From contig JBBDRF010000006.1 in assembly GCA_040905565.1 (NCBI GenBank), positions 11,019 through 21,487 on the forward strand: a stretch of 10,469 nt of DNA, given 5' to 3'. Source of the stretch: Phycisphaeraceae bacterium. Its GTDB lineage: Bacteria; Planctomycetota; Phycisphaerae; Phycisphaerales; Zrk34. Numbering within the stretch: position 1 is the first letter of the stretch; every line of letters begins with the position of its first letter. Position numbers and translations under genes: made by a program. Under the pieces are notes generated by a model. It ran no database searches. It was not told the origin of the DNA and saw only the letters and a list, made by a program, of their open reading frames with translations. Of this stretch, positions 1 to 5,530 are shown in pieces.

Positions 1-120
1 GATCGCAGATCGCCACTTCCCCACCCACGCCCCATCGCCGCGGGCCTACGGCCGGCCGGTCCGGCGCGCAACGCAACCGCACGTCACACGTCTTCCCCCG
101 TACGGCGATCTGCGATCGCC
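1..120. repeat. REP-like inverted doublet: GATCGCAGATCGCC (1-14, cut by window edge) and its exact reverse complement GGCGATCTGCGATC (104-117); the right copy is itself a palindrome, GGCGATC-TGC-GATCGCC (104-120)
   Basis: Exact 14-bp inverted match read directly from the sequence. The right copy has a 7-bp stem and 3-nt loop and is preceded by GTAC (100-103). It lies just downstream of the SH3 gene stop, a typical REP position. Confidence 0.6.
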
Positions 121-140
121 CGCCAACTTGATGTCGTCAT

Positions 141-1760
141 TCAGCGCTGGCGCGTGGATTGCGTCGCGCTCAGTTCGTCGATGCTCTTAGCGGTGACGAC
201 GTACAAACCGAGCGACCCGTCAAAATCCCGTCGCCCTTCCACGCCGACGTACTTGTTGATCAGATTGATCGGATCCACGCCCGGCGACGGCTGCACATAC
301 GCCACCGTCCGCCCCGTCGTCGGATCGACCACCCGGTAAAGCAGCGGCAGCTTCTCACCGGTGTAAAGCGTCGACGTCGTCAGCCTGCCGACCGCGGCGT
401 ACTGCTTGGGACGAGCGGCATCTTCCTCCGCTCGCCGCTGCGACGTCTGCTTCGCCTCTTCCTCAACAGCCGAGACCTCCATCAGCGAAGCCTGAAGCTC
501 GTGCCGCATCGAAAGAATCTCAATCCGCGCGTCCGCCAGACGACGCTGCTGCCCCGACAGATCGCCCGTCACCCGCAGATGCTCGTAATCCATCCGAAGC
601 TCCCCGATCGGCTGCTCCCGCAACGGCATCGCCGAGAACTGAGCGTATCGCCGCTCCAGCTCCGCAAACGTCAGCGGCGCCTCCGCAGCGACTTCTTCTT
701 CGCCCGCCTCGGCCTCCGTCTCGGCATCGTCATCCTCGACCGCCACCTCCGGCGCTTCGGTCATCTCTTCGTCGGCCTCGTCCTCGACAACCTCCACCGT
801 CCGCAGCGATTCCGGCAGCGACGAAAACCTGATGTCCGCAATTCCCGCGCCCCGCGCCGTCTCCAGCAAGCCGAACACATCACGACCCGGCGCTTCACGC
901 GAAGCCTGGATCGTCAGCCTCTCAAACTCACCCGCGATCGCCTCAAGCTTCGCCTGCAGCACGTCGCCGGCGATTGCTTCACCGTCATAAATGATCGAAC
1001 CGTCTGCCAGCACCGCGATCTCCGAAACCAACGGCCTCGGCTCCGGAGCAGGCTCGGGCTCTTGCTCAGAAGCATCGTCGACCTCGTCGGCGCCATCCTC
1101 AGCCTCGGTGTCGTCCTGAGCGTCTTCCGCCTCGGCCTCCATCTCGGCGTCCGTTTCGGTCACCGTTTCGGTCCGCGCGTCTTCCGCCGCTTCATCGTCC
1201 GTTGCAGGCTCCGGACGGGGGGCCGGCTGATCGTCCGGCACCACGCCACGCGCCTCAGCGATCTGCCGATCGGTGGCGGGCTGCACGAACTCGTTAGAGA
1301 CGAACAGGAACGCCCCCTCGGGAGGCTTCACGCGGTAGTAGCCGTCCGCTTCGTCGATGATCGCGACCGGGTCCCCGTCGTTCAGCGTGATCTGGGTCCG
1401 GTAGCTCTTGGAAGGCCCCGCAGGCGATGGGGCACGCACCCGAACCCGGTTGGCGTTGACCACACCCGTGGTGCCGTCGCCGGTGGCGTTCACAAATGCT
1501 TTGGAGATGTAGCTGTACGCCCCCTCAGGCGGGACAATCTGGTACCAGCCGAAAAGCTCGTCGCGGACTTCCACGACGCTGCCTCGCTCCAGCTGAAGCA
1601 CCACATAGTAATTGTCGCCAGCCCCGGCGCGCACGTTCAGATTGTCGCCGGTGGTGATGCCGGTGAACGGCGGCTCGGCGTTCTGGGCCTGCGCAAAGGC
1701 GCTTGGGATGAGAAACAACAGCAGCGATGCTGTCCAGAGGAAGCGGGGGGAGATGCTCAT
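141..1760 (-). CDS. Secreted tandem SH3b (SH3_3-type) domain protein with internal ExbD/TolR-like domain, acidic linkers, coiled coil and C-terminal beta-rich domain (539 aa)
   Basis: Start placed at ATG 1760 (MSISPRFLWTASLLLFLIPSAFAQ, Sec signal ending A-F-A) with GAGGA 8 nt upstream. Two SH3b repeats (GDNLNVRAGAG...GWYQI...SYISKAFV and ANRVRVRAP...GYYRV...FVSNEFV, ~1284-1667). Segment 825-1028 resembles the ExbD/TolR periplasmic domain. Codon usage is host-like. Confidence 0.85.
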   Translation of the reverse strand: MSISPRFLWTASLLLFLIPSAFAQAQNAEPPFTGITTGDNLNVRAGAGDNYYVVLQLERGSVVEVRDELFGWYQIVPPEGAYSYISKAFVNATGDGTTGVVNANRVRVRAPSPAGPSKSYRTQITLNDGDPVAIIDEADGYYRVKPPEGAFLFVSNEFVQPATDRQIAEARGVVPDDQPAPRPEPATDDEAAEDARTETVTETDAEMEAEAEDAQDDTEAEDGADEVDDASEQEPEPAPEPRPLVSEIAVLADGSIIYDGEAIAGDVLQAKLEAIAGEFERLTIQASREAPGRDVFGLLETARGAGIADIRFSSLPESLRTVEVVEDEADEEMTEAPEVAVEDDDAETEAEAGEEEVAAEAPLTFAELERRYAQFSAMPLREQPIGELRMDYEHLRVTGDLSGQQRRLADARIEILSMRHELQASLMEVSAVEEEAKQTSQRRAEEDAARPKQYAAVGRLTTSTLYTGEKLPLLYRVVDPTTGRTVAYVQPSPGVDPINLINKYVGVEGRRDFDGSLGLYVVTAKSIDELSATQSTRQR

Positions 1761-1796
1761 GGCGAGGATCCTCGTCGGAGGTTGTAGGCCGTTGAA

Positions 1797-1808
1797 CTTA
1801 CCGGTAAG
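1797..1808. promoter_or_regulatory. Perfect 12-bp palindrome CTTACCGGTAAG in the divergent SH3/TolC intergenic region; candidate transcription-factor site
   Basis: Palindrome seen directly; relatively AT-rich in a GC-rich background and located between divergent starts (1760 and 1893). Function is inferred only. Confidence 0.3.
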
Positions 1809-1892
1809 GTAGCCTCCGGTCAAGAATGCCAGCAGGCGGTTGGAGGCGTCGCTGCCCCGCTCACACCGCCGTCGGCGCGCTCGGGCAGTGAG

Positions 1893-3674
1893 ATGAAATT
1901 TATGACTATCACATCGTGCAGGCGTTGGGTCGTCCTGTCGGCATTACTCACCACGCTAAGCGCGTGCGAGACCTCGCCGCTTCAACGCGACGATTCGGAA
2001 GCGCTGCGTGAGCGTGTCATTCACGCCAATCGTCAGCAGCTGCGTGCCGTCACCGACACCCCCGAAATCCAGGTCACCCTCCCCCCGGCCGATTCCTACC
2101 TCGAGGAAGACCCCCGCCGACGCGAGCAGCTGGACGAAATTTCCGGCCCGCTCCGCCTGCAGGATGTCCCGCTGGAAATGGGCGTCGGCCTCGACGATCA
2201 ACCTTCGCCCACCGCCACGCTCACCCTGCAACAGGCCGTCCAGCGCGCCGCCAGGCACAACCTCGACGTCGCCATCGCCCAGATCACCCCTGCCATCGGC
2301 GAAGCCGAACTCGTCGCCGCCGAGGCCATCTTCGATGCCGTCATCTTCGCCGATGCGTCGCTCTCGAACACCTATCGCCCCACGCCCGTCACCGTGATCG
2401 ACAACGTCCCCGTCGGTCGGCCCACCCAGCGTAGCGACAACCTCGGCCTGCAGACCGGCATCCGCAAACCCCTCGAAGCAGGCGGCGAGATCAGCGTCTC
2501 CACCGGCTTCGATTATGCCGACAACCGCACGCCCGATCTTGATGTCACCCCCGATCCCAGCTGGACCAGCAACGTCCGCATCGATCTCACCCAGCCGCTC
2601 CTTCGTAACTTCGGCAATCAGGTCAACCGCGCCCAGATCCTCATCGCCCGCAACACCCTCCGCCGGGAAGCGCTCAACCTCCACGGCCAGCTGCTTTCGA
2701 CCATCGCCGAAACCGAAGCGGCCTACTGGCAGCTCGTCTTCGCCCGCCATCGCCTCGCCGTCCAGCAGCAGCTTCTGGAGATGACCATCACGACGCGTGA
2801 CCGTCTGCGTCAGCGTGAGGTGCTGGACGTCGGCCCCGTGCAGATGGCGCAGGCCCAGGCGTTCGTCGAGCGCCGCCGTGCTGAGATGATCTCCGCCCGC
2901 CGCGCCGTGCGTCAGGCCTCCGACGAACTCAAGCGGCTGATGAACGACCCGACCCTCCCGCTCGCCGACGAAACGCTGCTCGTCCCCGCCGACAGCCCCA
3001 TCGAGCTGGCCGTCGAATTCAGCCTGCTCGACACCATCACCAGCGCCCTGCAGAACCGACCGGAGATACGCCAGGCTCTGCTCGCCATCGACGACGCTTC
3101 GATCCGTCAGACCGTGGCGGAGAATCAGCGTCTGCCGCTGCTCAACCTCAACGCCGGCGTCCAGTTCACCGGCCTCGAAGGCGACCTCGGCCGCAGCTAC
3201 GACGAGCTCGGCGAAGCGGAATTCATCGACTACCTGCTCGGCTTCCAGTTCGAACAGCCCATCGGCAACCGGTTCGCCGAGGCCGAGATGCGCAGCGCCC
3301 GCCTGGAGCGCCAGCTCAGCGTTGCCCAGTATCGCCGCAGTGTGCAGGACATCGTCTCCGCTTCGAAGTCGGCCATGCGGGAGCTTCGCACCGGTTACGA
3401 GCTCATCGGCCTGAACCGCTCCTACCGCCGTGCGTCGGCGGAGAACCTGCGTGCCCTGCTTGAGCGCGAGGAAGCCGGCGAAGCGCTGACCCCCGAGTTC
3501 CTGAACCTCAAGCTCGACACGCAACAGCGCCTCGCCGATGCTGAGCTGCTCGAGCTGCAATCGATCATCGACTACAACATCTCCCTCGTCCGCCTCCAGC
3601 AGATCAAAGGCACGCTCCTAGAGCAAAACCAGATCGACCTGGTCTGGCCGGAAGACATGTTCGCCATCGAATGA
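1893..3674 (+). CDS. TolC-family / outer membrane efflux protein (OEP), predicted lipoprotein (593 aa)
   Basis: Lipobox LSA-C (Cys25 at 1965-1967) after a basic plus hydrophobic leader. Two OEP repeats: LTLQQAVQRAARHNLDV...IDLTQPLLRNFG...ETEAAYWQL and ALQNRPEIRQA...NQRLPLLNL...FEQPIGNR...YNISLVRLQQIKGTLL. Alternative start at ATG 1902. Confidence 0.9.
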   Translation: MKFMTITSCRRWVVLSALLTTLSACETSPLQRDDSEALRERVIHANRQQLRAVTDTPEIQVTLPPADSYLEEDPRRREQLDEISGPLRLQDVPLEMGVGLDDQPSPTATLTLQQAVQRAARHNLDVAIAQITPAIGEAELVAAEAIFDAVIFADASLSNTYRPTPVTVIDNVPVGRPTQRSDNLGLQTGIRKPLEAGGEISVSTGFDYADNRTPDLDVTPDPSWTSNVRIDLTQPLLRNFGNQVNRAQILIARNTLRREALNLHGQLLSTIAETEAAYWQLVFARHRLAVQQQLLEMTITTRDRLRQREVLDVGPVQMAQAQAFVERRRAEMISARRAVRQASDELKRLMNDPTLPLADETLLVPADSPIELAVEFSLLDTITSALQNRPEIRQALLAIDDASIRQTVAENQRLPLLNLNAGVQFTGLEGDLGRSYDELGEAEFIDYLLGFQFEQPIGNRFAEAEMRSARLERQLSVAQYRRSVQDIVSASKSAMRELRTGYELIGLNRSYRRASAENLRALLEREEAGEALTPEFLNLKLDTQQRLADAELLELQSIIDYNISLVRLQQIKGTLLEQNQIDLVWPEDMFAIE

Positions 3675-3689
3675 TCCCGCGCATATTCG

Positions 3690-5470
3690 CCCGCCGACCC
3701 CTCGACGTCGCACAGGCTATCCAACGCACCAAATCGCTGGCGGTAGAAATCCGAACAGTGACCTATTGCTGGCAAATTTCCAACAATGACCGCGCGTTGG
3801 CCAGTGAAAACTGATGATTGCAGTTGCCACAGTCGACGCGATCTCGGTCGCTGATGCACAAATCACCGCTTTCCGGGCACTCGAGGGCGTAGTTGCCGCA
3901 GAACATCTCCGCTTGCGAGCCAGAATACATCGTTATGGCCACTCGAAGATCCGTCACGCCAAATAGGTAAAGCGGGCGATTCCCAGGATTCGGGACTTCT
4001 CCTATTCGTTCCACGATCCCCGTATCCTGCCACTTCTGAATCTTCGATCTAGCAGCCTGAGTGGTTATACGAAACACATCATTTGCAATGTGGTTAGTAG
4101 TGAACGTCGGAGACTTTGCCTTCTTTACGTCGGCGAAATACTGGCCAAACAACTCCTGCGTCCGATCGTCGCAAAATGCGGCTATCCCGTTCCATATGGT
4201 ATCTTCTTTGATCTTATCTGAAACGGTTGATGACTTGGTGTGCTCCGCGATGATCCTCTTGCAGGCGCGAATCATGTCTCTCGGAGATCCGGCTGCAAAG
4301 TAGGTGACAAGGGAATGCGCATCCAACGGTGAGTGGTCGTTAAGCATATCATTCAGTGAGGAAATGCGCTTATCGGAAAACGACAGCAGCCGCGCCTTCA
4401 GCATGTCGGAAAGCTCGGCCGGCTGCCAACCCAATTGAGAGATAGGGACGCGATCTGGCCGCGCACCATTCTCTCTATACAGATGCGCAAGCTGATCCCA
4501 AAGAAAGAACTTAAAGCCGACGCCTTGCGTTTCCAAGATCGTAAGGTCGATCACCAACGGTTGGATAAACTTGAAGGCTGCGTTGGCGTTTTGGGCTGTA
4601 CTCGCGAGTTCGTCTACCTTGTCAACAAGAATGTAGGTAGATAAGAACCCTACGGATTGTGCCATACTGATCAGTGAATCGAAATGGTACCGTAGCGACT
4701 CATCCTGCCGGTACTCTGATTGTAGTTCGTCAGGAAGGTCCACTCCCTCCAGCCCGATGCGAGCAGTGATCAACCCAATGACCGTTTTTAAAGGCTTGGC
4801 ATACTTCCGCAAAAACACCGTAACGTGGTCACCGAAATTCTGCAGCGCCCTGACCGCGTTCTGGTATTGAACAACTGACAGGTCGCCCAGAAATAGGCTC
4901 ATCTGAAGTTTCAGGAGCTGCCTCTGATGATGATCCAAGCGAGATGCTATCTCCGGCCGTTCATCAAGCCGGAGCAGCACGCCCAAGAGAATCATGCGGC
5001 ACAACTGATTAAGGTGGTAGGCAAGGGATGCCACGCCCGCATCAAATCCAGCCGGTTGATCGAAAGCGTCGTAACGCAAACACAGAAAGTCACCTGTTTC
5101 TTGGCTGCGGGCTTCAATCATTCGCCGCTGAGCCGTCTTGCCGCCACCACGCGGAGCGAGTACGACATGCGAGGAAGGACTCGCCGGATCTCCAAATACC
5201 GTGGCGAAGTATGGAGGCGGTACGAAATAATAGGGCAGACGATCCTCTGTCTCCGCGTTAGTGCTTTCGAAAGGATCGCCCACAAATCCATGGTCGGCAA
5301 GAAAGGTGGTGTTATTCATCAGCGAACTCGGTAGGTGGTTGACGTCGCATGCTACATTGCACCCGACCATTAACCATATATGAAGCCGTCGCTCGGGCTG
5401 AAGCGGCTCTTGGCATGACCACCATCTTACCCCAAGCGTCGTGAGCGAGATATTTGCAATAGTGGGCAAC
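3690..5470. other. Lower-GC single-gene islet (likely horizontally acquired); boundaries approximate
   Basis: Hand counts: 4201-4260 is 26/60 GC and 4621-4680 is 25/60 GC, versus 43/60 at 2221-2280 in the TolC gene. The host C>G skew on the + strand is absent here (4201-4260: C13, G13). No integrase or transposase in the window. Confidence 0.7.
3763..5319 (-). CDS. P-loop NTPase, STAND/ORC-Cdc6-like (resembles Sll1717-type ATPases), with winged-helix and C-terminal Cys-rich Zn-ribbon-like region (518 aa from ATG 5319)
   Basis: N-terminal GF..DPF motif; Walker A APRGGGKT (5134-5157); Walker B YILVDKVDE (4609-4635); GSPR helical-lid motif (4279-4290); wHTH-like segment (3949-4110); CPES-x12-CGNC (3820-3879). 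ATG 5319 is preferred to TTG 5469 because it directly precedes the conserved-looking N-terminal motif. Family label is from motif recognition, not a search. Confidence 0.8.
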   Translation of the reverse strand: MNNTTFLADHGFVGDPFESTNAETEDRLPYYFVPPPYFATVFGDPASPSSHVVLAPRGGGKTAQRRMIEARSQETGDFLCLRYDAFDQPAGFDAGVASLAYHLNQLCRMILLGVLLRLDERPEIASRLDHHQRQLLKLQMSLFLGDLSVVQYQNAVRALQNFGDHVTVFLRKYAKPLKTVIGLITARIGLEGVDLPDELQSEYRQDESLRYHFDSLISMAQSVGFLSTYILVDKVDELASTAQNANAAFKFIQPLVIDLTILETQGVGFKFFLWDQLAHLYRENGARPDRVPISQLGWQPAELSDMLKARLLSFSDKRISSLNDMLNDHSPLDAHSLVTYFAAGSPRDMIRACKRIIAEHTKSSTVSDKIKEDTIWNGIAAFCDDRTQELFGQYFADVKKAKSPTFTTNHIANDVFRITTQAARSKIQKWQDTGIVERIGEVPNPGNRPLYLFGVTDLRVAITMYSGSQAEMFCGNYALECPESGDLCISDRDRVDCGNCNHQFSLANARSLLEICQQ

Positions 5471-5526
5471 CCACCGGCCGCCCGTAGGGCGGCGACTATT
5501 TCACCCGCGAACCGCCCGCTCGGTGA
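5464..5526 (-). terminator. Cluster of GC-rich hairpins directly downstream of uppP; possible terminator or REP-like element
   Basis: GCCGCCC-GTA-GGGCGGC (5477-5493). On the minus strand, GGGCGGCC-GGTG-GGTTGCCC (5464-5483, 8-bp stem with two G-U pairs). TCACC...GGTGA (5501-5526). No clear U-tract. Confidence 0.35.
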
Positions 5527-5530
5527 GGGC

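Noticed and set aside
660..1230. Repetitive GCCTC/TCGTC-rich DNA considered as a tandem repeat or CRISPR-like array
   Set aside because: Explained by Glu/Asp/Ala-rich low-complexity linkers; no fixed-length repeat-spacer periodicity.
159..1787. 542-aa plus-strand ORF antisense to the SH3 gene
   Set aside because: Arg/Leu-rich shadow ORF typical of high-GC coding DNA; no motifs, and fully overlaps a well-supported gene.
1956..3560. 534-aa minus-strand ORF antisense to the TolC gene
   Set aside because: Antisense mirror of a biased-codon gene; no recognisable domain.
3675..3762. Possible integron attC site after the ATPase (GTTGGAT on the minus strand fits GTTRRRY)
   Set aside because: No complementary RYYYAAC box or extended palindrome at a suitable distance, and no integrase or other cassettes.
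3572..3859. 95-aa minus-strand ORF as a possible small partner of the ATPase
   Set aside because: Overlaps the ATPase 3' end out of frame by ~100 nt and the TolC 3' end antisense by ~100 nt; no SD or motif.
5320..5469. 50-codon in-frame upstream extension of the ATPase (TTG 5469), considered as a small effector domain
   Set aside because: Starts inside the hairpin cluster, has no SD and no domain-like pattern; more likely the promoter/leader region. The true start is not proven.
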